A stretch of DNA of 34,011 bases, taken from the NCBI GenBank assembly GCA_007120615.1, contig SKNI01000405.1, positions 1 through 34,011 on the forward strand, in the 5' to 3' direction. Positions 16,125-23,491 of this stretch are shown here, piece by piece; positions within the stretch are counted from its first letter, which is position 1, and the number at the start of each line of letters is the position of its first letter. The notes below the pieces were generated by a model. The model worked only from the letters and a program-made list of their open reading frames with translations. It did no database searches and was not told the origin of the DNA. This DNA is from Myxococcales bacterium. Lineage in GTDB: Bacteria; Myxococcota_A; Bradymonadia; Bradymonadales; Bradymonadaceae. A program made the translations under genes and the position numbers.

Positions 16125-18172
16125 TGATGGACAAAACCTACTGTCCCTCGTGTCATAAAGCGTCGATTTTTTCAGGGGCCGACGCCACCGATGACTGTGA
16201 GCATTGCGGAAGTGCCCTCTTGCTGCAAAACCGGTGGTGGCTCCGGGAAATGCTCGGCCACGGCGCCTCGGGATATACCTGGAAGGGCGTAGACGTTGAC
16301 GATGGCTCGGTGGTCGCCATCAAAGAGCTCAGTTTTCGACGACTTACGGACCTGAAGCAGCTGGAGCTTTTTGAGCGGGAGACCGAAGCGCTGGCTTCGC
16401 TGGATCATGAGGCGGTGCCGAACTTTATCGATCAATTCATTGTAGAAGAGGATCGTTTCGTCAGCGCTTATCTGGTCCAGGAGTATATCGACGGTGGGGT
16501 GCTAAAGGCGTCGGCGCGGACGGACGAGGAGGAGGTGCTGCAATTTCTGGAGGAGATGGCCGATCTTCTGGAGTATCTTCATTCCCGCCGGCCGCCGGTG
16601 ATCCATCGGGATATCAAGCCCTCCAATGTGATGCGGCGGCTCGACGGCCGCTATGTTTTGATCGATTTCGGAGCGATTCGGGGCATCGTCGAGGATACGA
16701 TGGGAGGGTCCACCGTGGCCGGTACGCTGGGCTATATGCCTCCCGAACAGCTCGTCGGCCGAGCGGTCATGGCGAGCGACTACTACGGCCTGGGGGCGAC
16801 AGCGCTGGCACTTCTGAGCGGGCAGCAGGCTCATCACCTCATCGAACATCACCGCCCGGGAGCCTGGCGAGAGAAGGTCGAGCTGAGTCCGGCAATGGCG
16901 GATCTGCTGGAGCGATTATTGGAGGTCGACCAGGTACGACGGCTCAAGAATCCTGGCGCGCTCCGCCGGGCAATCGAAAAGGTGCGAAACCCGGGTCCCG
17001 TGCCTTCTGTATCTTCCGAGCCTTCCGAACCTTTTGAGCCGTCGCAAGATACTCTTCCCTCGCTGGCTGAGATCCGAGACTCCAAGAGAGAGCGGGTCAG
17101 AAGAGAGCGGCGCCGGGCTTCGTCGGGGCGACTTCGGGCTCGTGGCAATGGCGCGCGCTGGACGATATCCATCTTCGTCAGTTGCGCAATTTGCAGCCTG
17201 ATTATCTTAAGCTATCTCCGGTGGACGCCCTGGCTTTTTCCAGAAATCTGGACCCAATTCGTTCATACCGGTGGCGGCATCACGGTGGCGCTCGTTTTTT
17301 TGGCCGTTCCCACATTCTTTAGCTTCATGGTGCTCGGCGCAGTTCCACTTATCGTCGCCCGAACACTTGTGGGCGAGGGGAAGGGGCGAGAATTTCTTTT
17401 GATACCAGGCGCCATCCTCTTCACAGTGCTTTATATGGGCTGGTCGATCATAGGGTTTTCCACCACCCCCGAAGATATCTACATCGTCCAGAAAGGAGAG
17501 GAGACCCGCTTTATCGCCCGCACGGTTTGCAAGTTTCGAGTCATCAACGAGTCGGGGCGATATGTCAGCGATTATACCCACGGCGCCTCGGGCTGTCGCA
17601 CCGAGGTTGTGGACGGGCGCTTTTTGAGAGTGCAGACAGACAGTGGCCTGTACTACCTCGACGCCTGGAGCGGAGAGATTCTCTTTGACCTCTCCCGGGA
17701 GGCCCACAGGCTGGGAGGGGAAGGGGACTTTCGAATCCTCTCCACTGACGGCAGTGACGTCGAGGTCGAACTCCAGGATGGAATGACCCACAATATCAGC
17801 GCCCAACTGCCCGAGGGGGCCCGCTCGGCCCAGTTCTTCAGTCCGCTTGCCATGGAGACGAAGGTAGACACCGAGTTGCACCGCCCCACCGTGCTCATTC
17901 CGTCCAATTGCGGGGCCTGCGACGACTGCGGTCCCGTGGTGAGCCATTATTCCACGGCGTTTGGCGAGGGCAGGCAGATGGTCTCGGGCCTCGACGGTGA
18001 GGGGAGGGCGCTGTGGACCGAAGAGCAGTCATCGAGCGACTTCTTCGACATAAAAGCGGCCTACGATGTGGGCGGCCAGTGCTGGGTCTATATCCCACGG
18101 GGGCTGAATGTGAGCGAAGTTCTCGAGCTGGACCGCGAGACCGGTGGGTTGTCGAGGGTCTGGCGGTTTTGA
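16121..18172 (+). CDS. membrane Ser/Thr protein kinase with N-terminal zinc-ribbon, multi-TM segment and extracytoplasmic C-terminal domain
   Basis: Overlaps the stop of 14151..16124 (GTGATGATG; the start could be GTG 16121, ATG 16124 or ATG 16127). The motif CPSCHKAS...CEHCGS is a 4-Cys ribbon. Kinase motifs: GHGASGYTWKG, VAIKEL, HRDIKPSNVM, DFGAIR, GTLGYMPPE. An Arg-rich stop-transfer segment is followed by about 4 hydrophobic helices (17.15-17.46 kb) and a C-terminal domain of about 230 aa. Confidence 0.9.
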   Translation: MMMDKTYCPSCHKASIFSGADATDDCEHCGSALLLQNRWWLREMLGHGASGYTWKGVDVDDGSVVAIKELSFRRLTDLKQLELFERETEALASLDHEAVPNFIDQFIVEEDRFVSAYLVQEYIDGGVLKASARTDEEEVLQFLEEMADLLEYLHSRRPPVIHRDIKPSNVMRRLDGRYVLIDFGAIRGIVEDTMGGSTVAGTLGYMPPEQLVGRAVMASDYYGLGATALALLSGQQAHHLIEHHRPGAWREKVELSPAMADLLERLLEVDQVRRLKNPGALRRAIEKVRNPGPVPSVSSEPSEPFEPSQDTLPSLAEIRDSKRERVRRERRRASSGRLRARGNGARWTISIFVSCAICSLIILSYLRWTPWLFPEIWTQFVHTGGGITVALVFLAVPTFFSFMVLGAVPLIVARTLVGEGKGREFLLIPGAILFTVLYMGWSIIGFSTTPEDIYIVQKGEETRFIARTVCKFRVINESGRYVSDYTHGASGCRTEVVDGRFLRVQTDSGLYYLDAWSGEILFDLSREAHRLGGEGDFRILSTDGSDVEVELQDGMTHNISAQLPEGARSAQFFSPLAMETKVDTELHRPTVLIPSNCGACDDCGPVVSHYSTAFGEGRQMVSGLDGEGRALWTEEQSSSDFFDIKAAYDVGGQCWVYIPRGLNVSEVLELDRETGGLSRVWRF

Positions 18173-18268
18173 GGCGTTTGCTAAGAAATTCTGATTGCTG
18201 GAACGAATCTTGAGTTACTTCTCAGTCGTGGATTGGATTGGTATTGAACGAAGCGACAAGGAGATAAA

Positions 18269-18720
18269 ATGAAGATCGTGATCCCCGGAGGAACTGGAGA
18301 TGTAGGGCGCGTTCTGTGCCGATTTTTTGTGGAGCGAGGAGACGAAGTCGTAGTCCTGAGCCGCGGGGCTTCGCCGCAACTCTCCCACGGCCGGGCCGTC
18401 CAATGGGACGGTAAAACCATGGGCGACTGGGCCCAGGAGATAGACGGCGCCGACGTGGTGATCAACCTGGCCGGGTGGTGAAGAAGGTGTTCCCGACTAC
18501 TGGGGCTATAGCGTGGAGATCGCAACGCGATGGGATGCGCCTGGCCTGTTTTGACCATATCGCTAGCGATGAGCGTTAACCCGGAGCTATCATATACCGG
18601 TAGAGTTCTTTCGTCGCAGATCAGAAATTTCCCAACCCCGGCTACGAGAGAAGTTCTTCGTGCCCACAGCGGAGCTCAGCGCGCTCTTTCGTGCCCTCGC
18701 GCTTCGCCTTCCGCGAATCG
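18269..18720 (+). pseudogene. collapsed NAD-dependent epimerase (YfcH/DUF1731-type SDR) pseudogene
   Basis: A strong RBS (AAGGAGA) precedes MKIVIPGGTGDVGRVLCRFFVERGDEVVVLSR...GADVVINLAGW*, a Rossmann N-terminus that stops after 70 codons. Downstream in another frame I read ...PDYWGYSVEIATRWDA... and later ...FFVPTAELSALFRAL.... These resemble mid and C-terminal segments of the same family as I remember E. coli YfcH, implying several internal deletions. Confidence 0.6.
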
Positions 18721-18721
18721 T

Positions 18722-18776
18722 CCAGCGTCTCAGCGTCTCCGCATTCAGCGTCTCAGCAATTCAGCGTCTCAGCGTT
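18722..18776. repeat. short degenerate tandem repeat, core CAGCGTCTCAGC
   Basis: CAGCGTCT occurs at 18723, 18731, 18746 and 18762. TTCAGCGTCTCAGC occurs at 18744 and 18760. The repeat is non-coding and lies between the pseudogene and the oxidoreductase stop. Confidence 0.8.
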
Positions 18777-18875
18777 GTTCTATGATGGCCCTCCACACCC
18801 AAAGCATCGCGCAGCGGCTACGCGGTGGTCGTTCACAACCGTCGAAATGCCGTAAAACTTATCTGTTGGACCACA

Positions 18876-19931
18876 CTAGGGGACCAAAATCAACTTCCCA
18901 ACGGTCTTGCCGGACTCGATGTCGGCGTGGGCACGGGCCACCTCCGAGAGGGGATAGGTGCTCACCGGTGCCGCTTTGATATGACCTTCTGCCAGCCACC
19001 GATCCAGGTCGGCCAGCGCCAGCTCCAGAATATCGGTGCGCTCAAAGAGATAGCTTAAGTTAAAGGCCAGCACGCTCTTGCTCTGTTGGGTCATTTCCAG
19101 CGGGTTGAACCGAGGCGTGCGAAGCCAGCCGGCGGCGAGTTTGAGCCAATTTGGCTTTCCGCCTTTCTTTGGCATCATGGTGTGAAAGCCGTAGACCACC
19201 AGCTTTCCCGCCCGTCGCAGATGGTCGTAGCTATCGGAGAGTGTGGCCACCCCGTTTGCGTCCAAGATTATATCGAACCCGTCGGGGGCGATCTGCTCAG
19301 CTTCGCCCCATAGATCCTGGGTGGACTTGTCGATGATGTGGTCCGCGCCGTGAAACTCGGCGGTCTCCACCTTATGAGAGCCCCCCACGACGCCGGTCAC
19401 CTCGCAGCCTGCGATCTTGGCCAGTTGCACCAGACTGCCACCGACTCCACCGGCCGCCGAGTGGATCAGAACCTTCGCGCCTGGTCGAGGATGAGCGAGT
19501 TCATAAAGCGCATACCAGGCGGTCAAAAATACGGTGGGCAGTCCGGCGGCCTCTTCAACGCTCATGGATTCCGGTTTCTCAAAGACATACGCCGCCCTGG
19601 TAACCAGGTGACTTGCGTACCCGTTGAAGAGCGAAAGCGCGCAGACCTCATCGCCCACTGCCACATTTTCCACCTCATCGCCCACCTCGATGATCCGTCC
19701 CGCCACCTCAAAGCCCGGTGTGATTGGCCAGCCCACATACTCTTTTGCCGAGGCGTAAAGCCCCATTCGGACGATGACGTCAGCGTAATTGATCCCAGCC
19801 GCCTCCACCTCGATGAGGACCTCGTCGGGTTCCAACGCTGGGACCGGCACCTCTTCGAGTTGAAGTTTGTCGTAGCTTCCGGCGGAGTGAATGACGATCT
19901 TTTCCATCTTCTCAGGTCGGGTCTCGGGCAT
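18876..19931 (-). CDS. zinc-type alcohol dehydrogenase-like quinone oxidoreductase (MDR superfamily, VAT-1/zeta-crystallin-like)
   Basis: EVLIEVEAAGINYADV...GFEVAGRIIEVG is a GroES-like domain. VLIHSAAGGVGGSLVQLAK is the Rossmann AxxGxxG. The C-terminus is GKTVGKLILVP. ATG 19931 has GGAGA 8 nt upstream. The ORF track allows GTG 19946, and ATG 19907 is also possible. Confidence 0.85.
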   Translation of the reverse strand: MPETRPEKMEKIVIHSAGSYDKLQLEEVPVPALEPDEVLIEVEAAGINYADVIVRMGLYASAKEYVGWPITPGFEVAGRIIEVGDEVENVAVGDEVCALSLFNGYASHLVTRAAYVFEKPESMSVEEAAGLPTVFLTAWYALYELAHPRPGAKVLIHSAAGGVGGSLVQLAKIAGCEVTGVVGGSHKVETAEFHGADHIIDKSTQDLWGEAEQIAPDGFDIILDANGVATLSDSYDHLRRAGKLVVYGFHTMMPKKGGKPNWLKLAAGWLRTPRFNPLEMTQQSKSVLAFNLSYLFERTDILELALADLDRWLAEGHIKAAPVSTYPLSEVARAHADIESGKTVGKLILVP

Positions 19932-20013
19932 TTCGGTATTCTCCACGGTCGGGGAGCTCTGCTACGTAGCCGACGACCAGCCAGTGTCGCCTGAGAGCTG
20001 CAATGCAGAGTTT

Positions 20014-20091
20014 GGGGCCGATGACATCCTTGTCATCGCAAAGGAAAAAAGCGCTTTTTTTGTTAGCGTTAACAAGGATGTTATCGGCCCC
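20014..20091 (-). terminator. 78-nt nested palindrome / long hairpin 41 nt downstream of the DKNYY gene stop (possible bidirectional terminator or REP/MITE-like element)
   Basis: The outer arms GGGGCCGATGACATCCTTGT (20014-20033) and ACAAGGATGTTATCGGCCCC (20072-20091) pair at 19 of 20 positions. The inner perfect palindrome AAAAAAGCGCTTTTTT (20045-20060) is an A-tract/GC/T-tract mini-terminator in either direction. Confidence 0.4.
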
Positions 20092-20131
20092 AGAGGCAAC
20101 GTAGATTGGAGAGGAGAAAAGACTTACGCTT

Positions 20132-21181
20132 TCAGCGCTGTCGAAACCCCATCCGGAAATATCCATGCTTATCCCGGGCGTCGTACTTCTTGCTGTCCGG
20201 GATCACCTCGAAGGTTTCCAGGTCTGCGTCCTCCAGGATCTGGAATTCGTAGTATACCCGGTGGGCGTCGCGGGCGTAGGAGCCAACCTTCTTCATCGGT
20301 GCAAAGCTCTCCCGGTCAGCCCCCTCGATTTTGACCATTCTTGGGAAAATGAAGTACACATGATCGGCGTCTCGAGCGTAGGTGCGATTGTCCGGCCAGC
20401 GCTCCAGGCTCGCTGCATCCGCTTCGGGAACGAGCTCCCCCCGGGCGTAGACCCCGCCGTTGATGACCATCACATACTCCCCAATCTCTCGGAGCTCGCT
20501 GATCTCGTCGAAGTCGAGCACTCGGGGCGCCCAGGTCCCACCGCTGAGAATCTGACTTCCCATCCTCAGGTGAAACCGATTCAGAACCTCGATGGGCCCC
20601 GTTACCGCTGCGACGACGGGGAGCGTGCTATCGCGGCGATAGATCCGGTCTCGGTCGGCCACAAATCCGTAATTTAGGAAGCGGAAGCTCTCTACGTCCA
20701 CGTCGATGGGCTTGTGGTTGATATAGTAGCGGTGCGCATCCCGTGCCCACATCGATGGGTTCCTGTCCTCGGGAAATAGATATCGGAAGGTCTCCACATC
20801 CGCTCCCTCCACGGGGGCCAGGGGAGCAGCCCTGTGTCCATCGATATAAATATGGTCCTTATCCCGCATTACCCGGTCCACATATTCGAACGTGTCCCGA
20901 TCGATATGGGGCTGTGGAACGTGCCGAAAATAAACCTGATGCTTATCTACCGCCACGCTCGGCCCAAGTGGTTCAAAGGTCTTGCGATCCGCCCCCTCCA
21001 CCCGATTATGCCCCAGCTTCAACCAGTTCCCCTGGCTGGAGTAGACCACTCCTTGCCCCGCCTTCCCGTAGAAGTAGCTCGGCGAAATCTCAGGAGCAAC
21101 GGGCTTTCCCAGCGGACCGCATCCCATCAATAGAAACGTCATGCCCCCGAATAATAAACTCCCAACCTTGCTCCAGCTCAT
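20132..21181 (-). CDS. DKNYY-repeat lipoprotein
   Basis: Start set at ATG 21181 (AGGAGAG upstream), giving the lipobox MSWSKVGSLLFGGMTFLLMGC. Repeated D(K/A/R)(H/D)xxY motifs occur every 35-45 aa (DKHQVYF, DKDHIYI, DAHRYYI, DRDRIYR, DADHVYF, DAHRVYY, DKHGYF), often with GAD..TFE. This is the DKNYY family pattern. Confidence 0.8.
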   Translation of the reverse strand: MSWSKVGSLLFGGMTFLLMGCGPLGKPVAPEISPSYFYGKAGQGVVYSSQGNWLKLGHNRVEGADRKTFEPLGPSVAVDKHQVYFRHVPQPHIDRDTFEYVDRVMRDKDHIYIDGHRAAPLAPVEGADVETFRYLFPEDRNPSMWARDAHRYYINHKPIDVDVESFRFLNYGFVADRDRIYRRDSTLPVVAAVTGPIEVLNRFHLRMGSQILSGGTWAPRVLDFDEISELREIGEYVMVINGGVYARGELVPEADAASLERWPDNRTYARDADHVYFIFPRMVKIEGADRESFAPMKKVGSYARDAHRVYYEFQILEDADLETFEVIPDSKKYDARDKHGYFRMGFRQR

Positions 21182-21309
21182 CTTGATCTCTCCTGGACGG
21201 CGAACCCTTGCGGCCTCTCGATATTCTCGTTTCACGGCCAAGAGTAGCTGTGAAGGGAGGTGGCGACAACGGTACTTCTCTTGCTGCTCAATTCGGGATC
21301 GGAGGCGGG

Positions 21310-21345
21310 GGAACTCCTGGAGTTCTTGGGCCACGGGATTCGATA
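21310..21345 (+). repeat. 36-nt direct duplicate (35/36) of an internal segment of the winged-helix gene (partner at 21726..21761)
   Basis: GGAACTCCTGGAGTTCTTGGGCCACGGGATTCGATA compared with GGAACTCCTGGAATTCTTGGGCCACGGGATTCGATA. The downstream copy encodes LELLEFLGHGIRY. The upstream copy is intergenic. Confidence 0.9.
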
Positions 21346-21447
21346 AACAACTCCGGGGGAGGAGCTCACCTTGAAGACCGTTTTCTAGTGCTCAACTAGA
21401 TTGCCGATCTTTTCCGAGTGTGCAAGTGGCCTCAGTCCAGGTTCACT

Positions 21448-21545
21448 ATATTCTATATTCCATATTCCGGAACTTGGAATGAGTAATTTTTGTGTTATGT
21501 TAGAAGGGCGTTCCGTTTTCCAGAATATGGAATATCGATGAATAT
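21448..21545 (+). promoter_or_regulatory. operator-like repeat array and putative promoter of the winged-helix/NTase operon
   Basis: ATATTC occurs at 21448, 21455 and 21462 (7-nt spacing). GAATAT occurs at 21523, 21530 and 21540, the last overlapping ATG 21538. The inverted repeat TTCCATATTCCGGAA (21458-21472) / TTCCAGAATATGGAA (21518-21532) matches at 14 of 15. Candidate -35 TTGGAA (21474-21479), a 16-nt spacer, and -10 TATGTT (21496-21501). This stretch is A/T-rich compared with its surroundings. Confidence 0.45.
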
Positions 21546-22050
21546 CCTACGACCGCAAGACATATACGTTCTCCTCGCTCTGGTCGCAAATCATGAGCGC
21601 AAAGAGTGGACCTACGACCGTCTGGCCGACGAAGTTGGGCTGAGCACATCCCAGGTGTTTCGCTCTCTTAAGCGAGCCGAGTCGAGTCATCTCTTCGACA
21701 AGCAGATGCGGCGGGTTCGTACCCTGGAACTCCTGGAATTCTTGGGCCACGGGATTCGATACGCCTTTGCAGCAACGCCGGGGCGAATCCAGCGTGGATT
21801 TCCCACCTGCTGGGAGGCGCCGGGTCTCGAAGAAAAAATGAGCGCCACCGGTGACGAAAGATTCGTCTGGGCTGCTCCCAACGGAACGGTGCGCGGACAG
21901 GTCATCGAGCCACTGCATATGGCCAGCCTGGCGGTCATCGGTGAAAACAAGTCGCTCTACCAACTGCTTGGTCTGACGGATATTCTTCGGGTTGGTTCGG
22001 CGCGGGAGCGCAAGGTGGCGGCTAAGGTGTTGGCGGAGATGCTACGATGA
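21538..22050 (+). CDS. winged-helix DNA-binding protein, AbiEi-like antitoxin/regulator candidate
   Basis: MNILRPQDIYVLLALVANHERKEWTYDRLADEVGLSTSQVFRSLKRAESSHLF is an N-terminal wHTH pattern. It overlaps the next gene by 4 nt (ATGA). The ORF track starts at TTG 21490; I prefer ATG 21538. Confidence 0.6.
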   Translation: MNILRPQDIYVLLALVANHERKEWTYDRLADEVGLSTSQVFRSLKRAESSHLFDKQMRRVRTLELLEFLGHGIRYAFAATPGRIQRGFPTCWEAPGLEEKMSATGDERFVWAAPNGTVRGQVIEPLHMASLAVIGENKSLYQLLGLTDILRVGSARERKVAAKVLAEMLR

Positions 22051-22712
22051 ATCCCCATTTTGAGATGCTCGAAAGAGCGCATCGAGAGCTCATCGCGCTA
22101 GGGGAGCCCTTTGTCTTTGTCGGTGGGGCGACGATCTCACTGCACATCGATGATCCCGCTGCCGGACCGGTCCGTGTCACAAATGACGTGGATTTGGTTG
22201 TCGAAGTGGTGGGATACGCAGAGTACTCAATCATCGAAGCGCAGTTGCGGGACCTCGACTTTGAGCAAGATTTGTCAGGGGACGCGCCGATTTGCCGTTG
22301 GATGAAAGATGACTTGCTCATCGATGTCCTACCAACGGAGCCCGAAATTCTGGGCTTCGCATCGAGCAAGTGGTTCACCGAAGGGTTTAGACATGCTCGA
22401 TCTTACGAGCTGCCCACAGGAACCACGATAAAGGCTTTTGCTCCGATATATCTGTTAGCTGCGAAGATTGAGGCTTTCGAGGATCGCGGAGATGGAGACT
22501 GGCATCGTAGCCAAGATATCGACGATATCGCCACCATTCTCGATGCTCGGAGGGCAATCTTTGACGAGCTAGCAGCCGATAGTCGGGCTGCGATTTTTGT
22601 GCGAAGCTGGCTTAAACAGGAGGCGGGCAATCTGATCGATCCGATTGCCGAACATGCAAATGACTACGGTCGAGCGCACTACCTGGTCGAGCGGTTGCAA
22701 CTAATGGACTGA
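22047..22712 (+). CDS. nucleotidyltransferase-fold protein, AbiEii/DUF1814-like toxin candidate
   Basis: FVFVGGATISLHIDD...VRVTNDVDLVVEV is a GG(S/A) plus hxDhDh minimal NTase signature. The C-terminal YLLAAKIEAFEDRG...SQDIDDIATILDAR resembles the conserved AbiEii helices as I recall them. Confidence 0.55.
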   Translation: MNPHFEMLERAHRELIALGEPFVFVGGATISLHIDDPAAGPVRVTNDVDLVVEVVGYAEYSIIEAQLRDLDFEQDLSGDAPICRWMKDDLLIDVLPTEPEILGFASSKWFTEGFRHARSYELPTGTTIKAFAPIYLLAAKIEAFEDRGDGDWHRSQDIDDIATILDARRAIFDELAADSRAAIFVRSWLKQEAGNLIDPIAEHANDYGRAHYLVERLQLMD

Positions 22713-22906
22713 CCCGGCGTCTGCAATGGAGAGCTTCGAAAACGAGATCCGAGTAAGTCATGACTCTCGGGAGCAATTGCCTCATACTCACCTCTTTTGA
22801 TCAACGTATTGAAAACTAAAGGGATGGTTATGAATGATGCAGGTGCAATAATCTGCTCAAAATAACAGTCACTGAACACGGTTCACCTAAATCGAAACTC
22901 AAGCTG

Positions 22907-23197
22907 ATGATCGAAGTCAAAAGATGCGAACATAGCGAATTAACCGAAGCCATGAAATCTCAATTGGCGGACGACTATCTAGATGAAAATGATGCGCCCG
23001 TAGGACTTTACGTGGTTGGTTGGTATGATTTCAAAAAAACACCCAAGACGCTGAAAATTGGCGGCGAAACCTACGAAAACTCTGCCGAAGATTGGCAAAA
23101 GGGCTTCGACACACAAGCGAAGAGCCTCTCGGATCATTCTCGTACTGTCAAAGCGATCGTTTTAAACGCGTCATTGCCCGCCAACCTTCGGGATTAG
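22907..23197 (+). CDS. hypothetical; probably a C-terminal fragment of a PD-(D/E)xK-type nuclease-like gene
   Basis: The frame opens at 22838 and reads ...KLKLMIEVKRCEHSEL..., with an ExK-like motif at the very start, then GLYVVGWYD and KAIVLNASLP beta strands. There is no RBS. It sits in a visibly A/T-rich patch. The 190 nt upstream hold only broken short frames. Confidence 0.35.
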   Translation: MIEVKRCEHSELTEAMKSQLADDYLDENDAPVGLYVVGWYDFKKTPKTLKIGGETYENSAEDWQKGFDTQAKSLSDHSRTVKAIVLNASLPANLRD

Positions 23198-23227
23198 CTA
23201 ATATCTTCAGCGAACGAGGGTAGGAGG

Positions 23228-23248
23228 AAAACCACGAAGGTGGTTTTT
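23228..23248 (+). terminator. weak hairpin + T-run after 22907..23197
   Basis: AAAACCAC-GAAG-GTGGTTTTT. Confidence 0.3.
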
Positions 23249-23491
23249 AGGTAGCGTCACCAGTAATACCCCACCAGCCCATTCCCACCTCCCCCACTTT
23301 CCCCTTGACCACGTTCGCCGAAACTAATTACTCTCGAATCATTCACCACATAGATCCGTCCGTAGTATAAGTCGTAGAGGGGTCTCGCCGGAAATGTCGT
23401 TCATCCCAGGTCGTGTGACCTGGCGATGGGCATTTCATTGATTCGTCGCTCCTATGCCGGGCGACGCTTTATAATAAGCGAGAGGGTTAAG

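Noticed and set aside
19891-20334. ORFs 19891..20334(+) and 19912..20166(-) spanning the palindrome
   Set aside because: Both overlap real genes on the other strand. Both contain the same KDVIGP peptide only because they read the two arms of the palindrome.
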